DNA from: Selaginella moellendorffii | Lineage: Eukaryota; Plantae; Lycopodiophyta | Direction: 5' to 3' | NCBI RefSeq assembly: GCF_000143415.4 | Contig: NW_003314272.1 | Coordinates: 2,443,728-2,507,727, forward strand | DNA length: 64,000 nt | Shown here: positions 49,901-64,000 of the stretch, one piece after another | Position numbering within the stretch: the stretch's first letter is position 1 | Layout: the number at the start of each line of letters is the position of its first letter | Notes under the pieces: generated by a model | What the model saw: only the letters and a program-made list of their open reading frames with translations | Told to the model about the DNA's origin: nothing | The model's database searches: none | Program-made: the position numbers and the translations under genes

Positions 49901-50706
49901 AAGAGGCAAGCTGTGGTTGCTCTTTCTTCTGCAAAGGCTAAATATATTGCCTTAACTGCTGACTGCCATGAGATGGTATGGCTAAAGGCCTCTTGGAGGG
50001 AATTGGCATCACACGGTAATCATAGCATGATGTGACAATCAGTATTGCAAAGAACGTAATGTTTAATGGTGCAGGAAGCACATCCACTAGCAAGTTGAGA
50101 TGCCCCTAGGGCCCAACAAGTTCCTTTTGAGCCTCGGTTTATGGATCAAGTGACTGTACTTTAAGGCTCCAACTCTTCTCTTGCCGTTCTTGACTAGATT
50201 GGGCACCCTCGCTGGCTCCTTGGGGGTTGGGGCGTTCACCTTCTGCCCACCGCAACATGTAGACTGTGCATCCCTCTCCAATATTGCAAAAGGACGCGAC
50301 AGGTGGCTGGGACGAGAGCATGGCCAGAGAATCTTCTTCTTGGTTTGACAGTTTCATCTCTCTTTTTTTTTCTTATTTTTCTCTCAGGCATGAGATTGTT
50401 GGCATGGTGATAGGCCACCAAATGGGAGAATTACTGCTCCTAACGTGCAACTATGAGAACATTGATGGAACAATCATGTAACAAAATGGTTGAATAGTCT
50501 TGAAATTATTCCATGCTCGCAGGTATGCAACTCCACTTTTGTGTGCTGGGATCACAGTCTATAGCCCGATGAATGGCAATGGTACGATCTCCTAGCAGCC
50601 AGTGGGCTGGGCCGATTTGGATCATCTGGCTGTTTGGCAAAGCTTTCGGCATCTCAAAAGTGACGTTCAGTTCATAAAGGTGATAAACCATGCAATTTAT
50701 TTAATC

Positions 50707-53064
50707 CTACTCTTCCATGTGATAAAAGCCATTGGCTAGAACCAAAGGAAAATCTCTTTCCGATTCACCATCACTTAAAATTGCGTGGATGTTATACGCT
50801 GACACGCCATCAAAGACCCCATCAACGTGGTTCTCAGAGGGTCGATCAATCCCATTGGCACCCCTCTCTCTGCTCGTATAAGTGAAGGGGACACGCATCC
50901 GTCCAGTGCTCGCAAACACGGTGGCTCTGGCCTACATTAAGATGATTCCTTAGTATAACTAGCCAAATTAAACTTGAAGCGTACCGTCATGTGAGGTTGA
51001 ACGTTACGGACGAGGTATTCAGTCTGGAATTGCACGCCTTCCTCCTCTGTTTCACCCCATTCCTTACTAAATGTTTGCTCAGCGCCAATCTCAATGGTAG
51101 TCTGATTTGCAGCGATCTTGGGGATGCCGGCTGTGAACGTGGTGGAAATCTTCTGGGTGATGGTGTAGGAGTTTGAAAATGTCCTTTGCGTGGAAACATT
51201 CTGCAACAAAGTCACAGTGACAGTCATGTCTGCGGGCTCGTTCCGATTATTGACGACCGAGCCCTGGCCAACCATGAGTAACCTCTGATCCGTGGTGGTA
51301 GCCAGCTCGAGAAGGTACCTGACGTTAAAAATTGATCTTGAGAGTGTAGCTTCACTGATGGTAAGACGTGTTGTTACATCGTTTGTGCCATTTGCGGTAG
51401 CGGACAAGCAGTTAGTCCAAAAATTAGTTAACCTTTTGCACAGCCTGTCGTTGTATTTGCTCCTGAGGGCCAGCATTTGGGTGCTCAGCCTGTTAGAGGT
51501 AGAGATGATGTGGCAGTAGTTATGCCCACGTGGCAGTAGCTTTATGTATATGTACACAATCATATACAGTTATATATATACAGTTCTTCCTCCTCGTGTG
51601 CGCGTCTCTCCGCTGCTAACATGGTATCAGAGCCTTGGGCTCCTTGATCCTGAGAATGGCGCTTGCTGGCCAGGAGGCCAGTGATGAGGAGGAGGATGAG
51701 CCTCCCAATTGCAATCCCTCTTGCAATGTTTGGGACGCTTGAGGCGTTGCACCAAGGCACCAGGCTGTGTAGAGGTGCTGAGCAACAAGCAGCAGCAAGT
51801 AGAGAACAAAGCCAGTGGGAGATTGAGAGATTTCACCAACCCTATCAAGAATTGGGTCAAGATTCAAGAACATTGCATAGCAATTCTTTGCAGGAATTTC
51901 CAGCAATTGGGAAGGATGCTCATGGAGATTCAAGTGCCTAGTCGCAGAGAAGTGGGAGCCTGGCAGTTCACGGCCAAGACCTCATGCTAGAGGCAAGATT
52001 GAAGCCATAGCAAGAAGCAAAGAGTGTGCAAGCAAGTCCAAGACCAAGAACCAAGTTTTGGGTAGTTGATTGATGAGTTTTCATATGCTTTTCTCATCAG
52101 CTTTCCATGCTCATCATCTCAGACTAGCTAGGCACGATTCAGGCTTAGATTCAGACTGGAATCAGCCGCCTGATCGTGAGTGGGAGTGTTAGAGGTAGAG
52201 ATGATGTGGCAGTAGTTATGCCCACGTGGCAGTAGCTTTATGTATATGTACACAATCATATACAGTTATATAGATACAGTTCTTCCTCCTCGTGTGCGCG
52301 TCTCTCCGCTGCTAACACAGCCTTATGGGCCAGAAGTGGCATCTCTCATCTCCTTCTGCAGGTCCATCTGCCCATACCCAGCAATCGCCCCTGTCATTTG
52401 GACCAAGAGCACTGTTGCGCCAATAAGCTTGCCTGTGAATGTTGTAGAATGCTAAGCTGCCATCAACCATCTGAACTACGTTGTTGATGGCCTCATCTTT
52501 GGACACATCGTTTTCCGCACCACTGAACTGGAGCCACCAGTTTCTGTCGTTTCGTAGGAGGCGTACAAGCAGAAACTGGCCATTGTCTCCCTTGAACGTG
52601 ATGAAACGTGGGAGGTGAATTGCATGCTCGGAACCATCGCTCACCTCAACTTGGCTGAAAGGGTCAGGCTGAGATTGCACGGCGTTGTACCCACGGACCG
52701 CGGCGTCGTAGCGCTTGAGGTATCGATCATCAAGTGCAGACAGGAATCCCAGCCTGCCTGATTCAAACCTCACGAGCTTGAATCGGGTCCTCTGGTCGGT
52801 CACAGGGGGTGGCTGTGTGTTGCCATCCGCTCGAATCCAGTTAGTAGGATTACGCCTCCAAAATCTGCCGTTTGGAGCACGTACAGAGAAGGTGCCTTCG
52901 GAGTCGTCGAAATTGTAGATCACCTCGTGGCATGTGAGGAAACTTCTCTGGTCGGCATCAAATGTGAGGAGCCCATCCGATTTGAGTGCCAGATACCTCC
53001 CATTCTCACCCTTGATTGTCATGTGGCGAGGCAAAGTTGTGGTTGCAGATACTGGAGTCCCCAT
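50707..53064 (-). pseudogene. Amaranthin (2x agglutinin) plus aerolysin/ETX-MTX2 beta-pore-forming lectin (Hfr-2-like), disrupted by an LTR insertion
   Basis: Two repeats starting LPRHMTIKGENGRYL and LPRFITFKGDNGQFL, with FWRR..NWI.AD, LALRSKYNDRLCKRL and CLSA motifs. The pore-forming domain has an alternating Ser/Thr-rich hairpin (TFSNSYTITQKISTTFTAGIP...EWGET) and RVPFTYT...DGVFDGV. One 53-nt intron at 50932-50984. About 490 aa once the insertion is removed. Confidence 0.88.
51491..52317 (+). mobile_element. 827-bp non-autonomous LTR element (TRIM-like, probably a Copia deletion derivative)
   Basis: 131-bp TG..CA LTRs at 51491-51621 and 52187-52317 differing at one base, PBS tggtatcagagcc at 51622-51634, PPT-like gtgagtgggag before the 3' LTR, TSD CAGCC at 51486-51490 and 52318-52322. 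Confidence 0.96.
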
Positions 53065-54088
53065 TTTTGTTACAAATGAACAAGAGCTCCTCACCCTTTT
53101 ATGGTGTGGTTCTTGTAGAGTACCACGTGAAACACGCACAAAAAAGATCTTGTTTGCAGTCACCTAAGATTGCAGGAAATGTTGATATATTGTTTGGTCT
53201 TCTTACTACAGTTGACAGCAACAACACAACTGAGCTATACAGTACAAAAGTTGGGGATCCCATCCAACATTGACAATGAACAAGATGGTCCCTCCGCCTT
53301 TAGCGCCCTTCACCCCTTTTCTTTTGCCCCTGAAAATTGTAAATCTAAAGAAACTTTCTCTAGATTTGGAAAGAACGTGGGCGATGTTGCAAGCACACAC
53401 TTGCTTTGCAGCAGCAGGGTTGGCAGCCCATCTTTATCTCTCCTTGATGCTGCTCGAGATATATATTCGAGATCGGTGAGCGGATGCCGAAGGCATACAG
53501 CAGATTGTTTACTTGCATAGTTCTTGTCCACTTCTGCAATGCACTTATCTCTTGTATTCAGATTCACTTCTCCTTTCAGATTTTTACTCAGTCTTTGACA
53601 CAATTTCTTTAGCTGCTTTCATATCCGAAGTCTTAAGCTTGAAGGACCTAGTAACTTTCCCGAAGGGAGGTAGACCAAAATTGATCTCAACTCAGGTCAT
53701 TGACTATATTGACTCTTCATTAACTTATCAGTGATAAAGGTGATAAGCTAATCATGCCGGAAAGCTTTTAGTAATCTTTGTGAACATCACTAAATGATTC
53801 GATCGAGGAAAGCTCTCTTTCGCAACATTATCAATTGCAAACCGTGTCTCATATAAATGGATGGTATCACAAACAAATTACCGGACCAGCCGCACATAAA
53901 CCGCCTGCCTACACACAACCATTCATGGTTCCACCACCACGCTTTGTATGGTTAGCCACGACACAGTAGCATGACAAGAAAAGTGGAAGAAAAAAAACAA
54001 GAGATTCACCTCTCGACTGGAACAATCGCCTGTGCTCGTGTTTTCAAGCTGAAAACTTCCGCCCGTATAGAGGCAGAGAGTTTTCCGC

Positions 54089-57617
<3,529 letters not shown>

Positions 57618-58349
57618 TGCACATTCCCTGGACTGGATCGATCCACGCGCGAAATGCCGCTCAACTGGATCGATCCTGCCTCGCATTGGAGCGGCCACCG
57701 CGATCCATTGCACGGCGATCCCGGCGCTGGACGAGCGCGCTACCACAGGCGCGTAGGGCGAGAGAGAGGGAGAGGGAGAGAGAGGAGAGGGGAAAAACAC
57801 CCACACTTGAGAGGGGATTAGGTCCGGCGTTGTAACTGGGATCTACTGGCGATGGGGGCAAAAACTTGATGTAATTAAACACCCCATTTTCCTCTTAATC
57901 ACATGGGGTTAACTGCTAATCTTTACCCTTTATTATTAGCCGGCTGGGCCACTGCCACGTGGGAGGAAGTGTGCCAGTGACAAGTTGCCACGTCCTCCCG
58001 CCCAAGGAGTGATAGGATGTATCAACGACTCATAGATTGTCACTGGTAACTATTTGAAAAAGAACCCTGTGATATTTTACCAGTGGAGAAGCAATTCTCA
58101 AACGTTGGAAATGGACAAAATTGTTTAATCGTCCAAAATTTAATCGATTGTGATTATGTTATACACTAATCTTCCTTTTTAATGGTTACATCCATTTGTT
58201 CTTAAGCCGGTGACAAGCTTTGGAGTATATGAGTCACAAATCTCTCTCCTCTTCGAGAACTAGCTCCTCCCCTCAAGAACCAAGAACTTCCCATAGTCCA
58301 CGCTTGTGTCCACCGTCTCTCTTTGTGACTGGCTCGCGCTTTACGATGA

Positions 58350-61122
58350 TCACGCTGTGTTGTTTGCCGAGGGAAACGGAGGTCTAGCCGGAGCTTCTGC
58401 CGCTGAGGGTGCCAATCCTGTCAGCCCCGACGATCCAAACCCAAACTGCTGCCTTTGAGAGCTCGAGGCAGCAAGCGACGAAGGAGGACCACCTCCTCCT
58501 CCTGCTGCTGCTGCCATGCTGCTCAGGGTGCTCGGACCTGGAACTACTTGGCCCATGAGCGCAGCCGGCCTGTTAAAAGTTAGCGGTGAGAGGGACGATA
58601 ATGGCTGTTGCTGCTGGTGTTGTTGCTGGATTTGCTGCATTTGATGCTGCTGGATTTGCTGCTGCTGCTGCTGCTGATGAAGTTGTTGTTGTTGCTGTTG
58701 CTGCTGCTGCCCCGACGGCATCTCCGCGGCCGCTGTGTTTGGCGCGATCCGGGACTGTAGCAACCGAGCGCGCTCGGCAAAGTGCTTTTGCCTGGCGCGG
58801 TCAATGTGCTCGTACTCCTTTTTCAGCATGACCTCCAGCTCACCAAAATGCTTGAGCTTTGTCTCGAGCTTTTTTAGCTGGCAGCCAACGCAACAAGCAT
58901 TATAAAGGAGGATATACAAAAGACGACATTTTTCTTCTCTCGTACCTGGTTCTCGATCACACTGGCCACTAGACGTTGCATCTCCCGCTCCTCTTGGTCG
59001 GCCAGTAGCTTTGCCTTGACCGCTGCCGCTGCAAGAGCTGTAGCGGCTGCGTTACGGATACGCTCTGCGGAAGGAGCGTTCTGATGACCAGACTCGTCTG
59101 CCTTCTTCTTCTCTGGCTTGGCTTCTTTGTCGTTGTCTGTTTGATCTGCTAGAAAATCCAAACCAGGCGATTATGAGAAACGCCAAGGACCAAATGCAGT
59201 CTTACCGCCACCATCCTCTATGTGTTTCGACTCATCCTTTGGTGCCTCGTTCTCATCCTTTGTTGGACCATTTGACCTGAGCCAAAAAACCTTTTATGAC
59301 CAATCCCATTTACGGAATAAAGATGACAACCTGTCCAACGAAGGTGGAAGAGGAATTGTGGCAGGATCATCCAAGATAAAAGTAGCTCTGGCGGCCAGTT
59401 GCGTGGCAGGATCGTCTTCGGACAGCGCCGCCAATGCAGATTGTGCAGCAGCGGCTGCGACTCGAGGACCGACCATTGCAGCGAGAAAAGCGACCTGTAA
59501 AATCACAAATTACTTCTCTTGTTGCCAAAGAATGGATGAAGACACATACCTGCGCCATTACCGGATTGCCAGCGTCAGCGAAAGCTATCAAGCCGTCGGG
59601 ACCCGATAAAGAGTCCTTAGATGCTGACGCCTCCATTATGGCTTTGAAGACCGTATCCTCTCTTGCTGCCAGCTTTCCGTCTTCCTCGGTGTGCTTTGAG
59701 GCCGCAGTGATGCTTGCGGAAGCCTCGACATCGTCCAGAAAGGAGTCTTCAATAGGCATTTTTATGAAGTGAAGTATGCACTGAGCCTTTGACTTGGTCG
59801 CTACATGCTCGGCAATCTCATTCCAGTTGTCGCCGAACATCTCCAACGCCTCGAGCAGCAGTAGAGTTTCTTGGTCCGTCCAGCCACCATCATCGGAATT
59901 AGCATCCGACAAAGCGTCCAATCGGATGAAATCGGATGTCGACATGCCCGGGCCAAACTTTCCATCATTGTAGCAATCCGGACACAAATCAAAGTCTGCC
60001 TGCCAAAATGAGGATAGAATTAGTATAGGTGGTGGAAGAAGAAAAAATGATCACTCGCTAGCTATAGGAAAAGCACCTGTTTTTGGCAGTGATAACGCCG
60101 CTTGGAGCAGTCGGCAGAGCAAGCATTGCAATGGTACTCGACTGCCGGACCTGGTGTCGATGCTAAGGCTTCCGAAACAAAAGTTTCGGCAAGCGCAGCG
60201 ACAGGATCCAAGTGAGTCTGGAACGTAGACTTTGTAGGAGTCTCAAACTGGTACAGACTTCCAAGAGGGCTCACGGAATGCGGGACAGCATGTAGCTCCC
60301 CGGCATTGTTTTCTTCCACCTTTGGAGGCGTTCCCTGCCAAGCAGGATAAGACTGTCCCGGCCTTGTTGTTACGTGATAGTTGATGAGCCCCCAGTGGTC
60401 AAGGAACTCAATGATTCGTCGGACAGAATTGAGATCCCCGACCACCAAGTCCTGGATGTCCGAGATCGCCAAAACCTTCTCTGGATTCTCCCGGTATTTC
60501 TGTATGAGAAAGTTCCTGTACTCCATGTAGAGCTCCGGCGTGTTCATTTTGGTCTTCCCGTTGAAAAACTCGGGCAGGCCACGCTTCTCGAGAGTGTGAA
60601 TGCCAGTCCACGAAAACCATCCTAGAAAACAATCCGAAGTATTAAGTAAGACGTCGCGAGACGATAGGACTTCTTACCTGCGTGAGTTGGAACGATGTGT
60701 GCTTGCTGCTTGAGCTGCTTGTGCTGAGCTAGCGATGGAGCCTTGGGAAGAACAACCGGAGTAGAAGAAGAAACTGTGCTGGTATCATCACTGGGCGCCT
60801 CATCCGGCACGACGAGCTGGCCGTGTGAGATGTTCTCAATCTGAACGACAGCGTCAGCTCCAGGAGCTCGAGACGAATCGAGCTCCCTGTCCGGATTATT
60901 GACGGCCTGCTCGGCCTGGACGGTAGCGGCGACGGCCGGATGGGGCTGCCCAATCTTCTGCTTGGTAACGCTAGGAACCTTGGACACCGTCTCGCCCTTG
61001 CCAGGGATCACCTCCAGTGGCTGCCCATTCGCCCCCACGGGAATGGGGGACCTGGATCGCGTGTTTGGCCGCTTCGTCGGGGCGGAAGCCTCTGGAGGAG
61101 TGCCCTGCCTCCGCTTCAACAT
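58350..61122 (-). CDS. SWI3D: SWI/SNF complex subunit SWI3D-like (SWIRM, ZZ, SANT, coiled coil)
   Basis: [16 protein letters not shown] (SWIRM), [37 protein letters not shown] (ZZ), [14 protein letters not shown]...[14 protein letters not shown] (SANT), [25 protein letters not shown]. Confidence 0.9.
58605..58710 (-). repeat. Mixed CAG/CAA polyglutamine tract in the SWI3D C-terminus
   Basis: [35 protein letters not shown]. Confidence 0.9.
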
Positions 61123-61567
61123 GGCTGAGAGCGCCGAGAATCTCCCAAAACCATCACCACCGAAATCTCGACCAAAACCTCTACTCTGTTGCTACGGATG
61201 CCATCGATGACGAGGAATGCGGCCCTGGAGATAGAATCGCGCGGAGAAGACTTACAGAGGGAGCTATGGCGCGGCGCCGCTCCTTGTCACGGCTGCTCGC
61301 TTGCCTGCCGTCGCCGGAGAGGAGAGAGAATAAGAGCCCTAAATTATGTTACAAAATAACTTTTATTTCTAAACGAATCCAAAGCTTCACGCACAGTGCG
61401 TGGTTTCTCGTTCTCTCTCTTTTACTACGCATCTCAGCCGCTACCTGTGGACGAAAATCCGACGGTTCACATACGAACACCTACTAAAAGGAAAACATCG
61501 TTAAAAGAAGAAAGATGGACTAACGATACCTCGCTATAGCTATGTACAAACGCCGCAAAAGAGACTC

Positions 61568-64000
61568 TCAGGAGGACAAGCGTACTGCCATCTCCTGGAG
61601 AAGCGCTCGCTTTTGGGAAGCATTTATAACTCCACCACACTCGGCGTTCTCGAGAATCTCTGTCATGATCGCAGCGGCATGGTCTCTAGCATCTTCTTGC
61701 GTGCGCTTGAGCATGAAAGCCTTAGAGAAAAACCAAAACGGGAAAGGAAGGAATCAGTCCCTCGGCTAGATCGAGAAAAGAGAAAAGAGAAAAGAGAAAG
61801 GCGGAGAAAAAATCGAAAACAATTCTCTGCCCTTGTACCTGTCCGTGGTGTGATATCTCAAACGTGCACGAGTGCTGGATCCAAGGCTCGCCATCGATCT
61901 GTACAGGATAGCTAGCGGACATCCATATCTTGATATGACGTCCTTGTCCAAGCCTCCGAGCACGGGACAAACCAACCTGTCAAAAGGGAGAAAACAAGCA
62001 AGCTGTGTGTCAGACAAGGCACGAACTCTCTATCTCTCCCTCGTACCTGCAGCTTTCCCAGATGCCAAGTCCCACAAATCCCGACCACTTCAATTATCTT
62101 GTCGTGCATGAACTGCGGCCCAAACTCGTCTTCGTGCTCCTCTTCGTTCTGCCACAAGTCCACGCCGCCCATGTAGCTGCCGATGTTTGTGAACAAAACG
62201 CCTTCCGTGTCCTGTCACGTTAAGAGACGAGGAGCTTCGACTTGCCAAAGAAACGCTCAAACAAACCTCTGGTATGATGATTTCCGAGCCGTCGACCTCG
62301 ACACGGAGGTGCCAGGGGAGATCAGAGCAAGTTCTGTCCACGATGTCTTTCGCACCCTCCTTAGCATACAGCATTTTATTGAGGAACTGTACGTAAGAAC
62401 ACAGCTTTAGACTTGATATCATAAACTACCAGGAGAGAGTACCTGATTGTAAAACTTTTCTGGATTCTCTTCACGAAGCATGTGGATATCTAGAGCCACT
62501 TTTGCGTCGCACCCGATCCCTACATGGCAACCACCATCGTATTAGCAATACAAACGAAATGCAGTGAAGAGAACGTACCAAGGTAGTTATTCACGTACTT
62601 CTCAGCCACAATCTCCTCTCCAGGCTTAGAGTAATTGTCAGAGATGCGAACAAGCCATCGATCAAGCATCGAAGCCGCTCCATGATCAACCTCGTGTAGC
62701 ATGTTGTAAAGTCCACCTTGCCTTCCAACGGCAGCATATCCTCCCCCCCACGAAAGAACTCTGGCTAAGTCGTTCCCAGTTCCTATCGGCAAAATGGCTA
62801 CGGGAGGAGGAGACTCGTAGTTACGTTTCTCAATCTCGTCCAAAACCCAGCCAACCGAGCCATCCCCGCCGCAAACCAGAATCCGAAAGTGCGCGAAGCC
62901 TTTGAAAAACTCCAATCCCGCATCCGGTCCCTGAGCCTTACTAAGCTCAAACACCTGCATCAACCACGAGCAAGAACACATACGTAAGGCAAAAGGAAAA
63001 ACTCACTATCTAGCTGAAACGCATGCATAATGACCCTGAAAGAAGTAAAGAACGAGCCATACAACCTGTTCGTGCCAGCTGAACGTTCTGCCGCGTACGA
63101 AAAACCAGACTCAAGCATCCTGACTGTAACCCGACGCCCAGACTCACCCTGTTTATAGCAGTACCGAGTCAGTGTTCCTACGTTAACAATGCAATAAGCT
63201 CTGCACTTCTAAAAGCCGGCCGCGCAACGCAAACACCACACCAGCAGGCAAACTCAAGAAGACGTCGCGTACCTGGACGGGATTGAGCAGCATGTTTAAG
63301 TGTCGTCGAAGAGCCGTCCCATGCTGAGCTCCACTCTTGCGATTGATAAACACGAGCAAAGGCCTCGCATCCCCCGGAACTTCCACCAGCTGATACTTTT
63401 GCTTCGCCGAGGGACCGTGTACCACCTCCAGCTCGTTGTTGAGCTTTCCATTCGTCAACTCGTCAACTTCCTTAAGTTCTGCCGAGCTGGTTCGCATACT
63501 ATCTCCATCAGAAATCACTCCGTCGGTGGAGATCCTCGAAGCCTCGGAGGAGCTCGAAGCCAAAGCGTTTACATTTTCACTCGACCTCTTCCCCTTTTTC
63601 CTTCGTTTCCTGATCTGTCCACGCACGGACGAGGCCAGCTCGTTGGCTCCCTGAGTTATGGAGCTGATAAGCCCGACCATCCTCTTCCCGGTATCTTTCA
63701 CCCACAGCGGCGAGACGATCAACCTCTTGTGCATCCCAAGATCACAGAGCTCACTCGAGTTTCTCGAGTGGACGGAGTGGCAATCCACATGAACTAGGCG
63801 CTGACACCACATACACCGCCAGATCGCGCTTCCACCCAAGAACGACGCGTTGCAAGGCTCGTCACAGTGCATGCAGTAGGCCCTGTCCTCTGGGATATCA
63901 TCCACGTCCATCCACCTCTCGACCCACTGGTGGAGCAAACTGGAAGAGGACCCGGCCATGGCGACGCTCTTGCAATCCTTGGCCGCGCTCTTGGAGCAGC
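61568..64000 (-). CDS. DGK1: Diacylglycerol kinase, cluster I (DGK1-like, with C1 domains); 5' end lies outside the window
   Basis: C1 domain (HQW...CMHC...[14 protein letters not shown]...CDLG), [59 protein letters not shown]. Stop at 61568-61570. Confidence 0.93.

Larger units (their letters stand above)
40587..50090 (+). mobile_element. Heavily decayed Ty1/Copia LTR retrotransposon, split by a nested Gypsy element
   Basis: tRNA-iMet PBS tggtatcagag at 40587. Gag-like remnant (DGGDMQ*HVD). After the Gypsy insertion: WVLDSG (protease, ~47195), DLCGP (~47735), DGGKEY, YTSQ*NGV (integrase), LVAKGF..GVDYNETF and HQMDIK.AFL (RT), SKRQAVVALSS..A.YIAL and CDNQ (RNase H). Many stops and frameshifts. 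LTR limits not found. Confidence 0.82.

Noticed and set aside
50937-51563. 208-aa ORF taken as an independent toxin gene
   Set aside because: Its first ~25 residues come from the inserted LTR. The rest is the downstream part of the interrupted amaranthin-aerolysin gene.

Overview
Eukaryotic land-plant nuclear DNA. It is gene-dense with ~50-70 nt introns and a truncated PLS-E PPR gene, which best fits a lycophyte such as Selaginella (inference from style, not a database match). Gene order: VPS41(-), CRUMPLED LEAF/CpcT lyase(-), CMC2-like(+), GH38 alpha-mannosidase(-), PLS-PPR(+), HD-Zip class II(+), TAF5(+), two tandem full-size ABCG/PDR-like genes(-), a ~14 kb AT-rich transposon island, an amaranthin-aerolysin (Hfr-2-like) pore-forming lectin gene(-), kinesin-13(-), SWI3D(-) and DGK1-like(-, runs off the window). 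The island holds a decayed Copia element with a nested full-length chromovirus that has a 5-bp TSD and appears self-priming. The lectin gene is interrupted by a very young 827-bp TRIM-like LTR element. The most striking signal is the ABCG pair. Both genes carry a PDZ-like domain between NBD1 and TMD1. Both have lost the ABC signature motifs and the catalytic Walker-B glutamate in both NBDs, yet keep long open frames and a conserved 6-Cys loop near the C-terminus. This suggests a non-hydrolysing, PDZ-bearing ABC pseudo-transporter acting as a sensor or scaffold. All family assignments come from motif recognition by eye and need HMM or structure confirmation.
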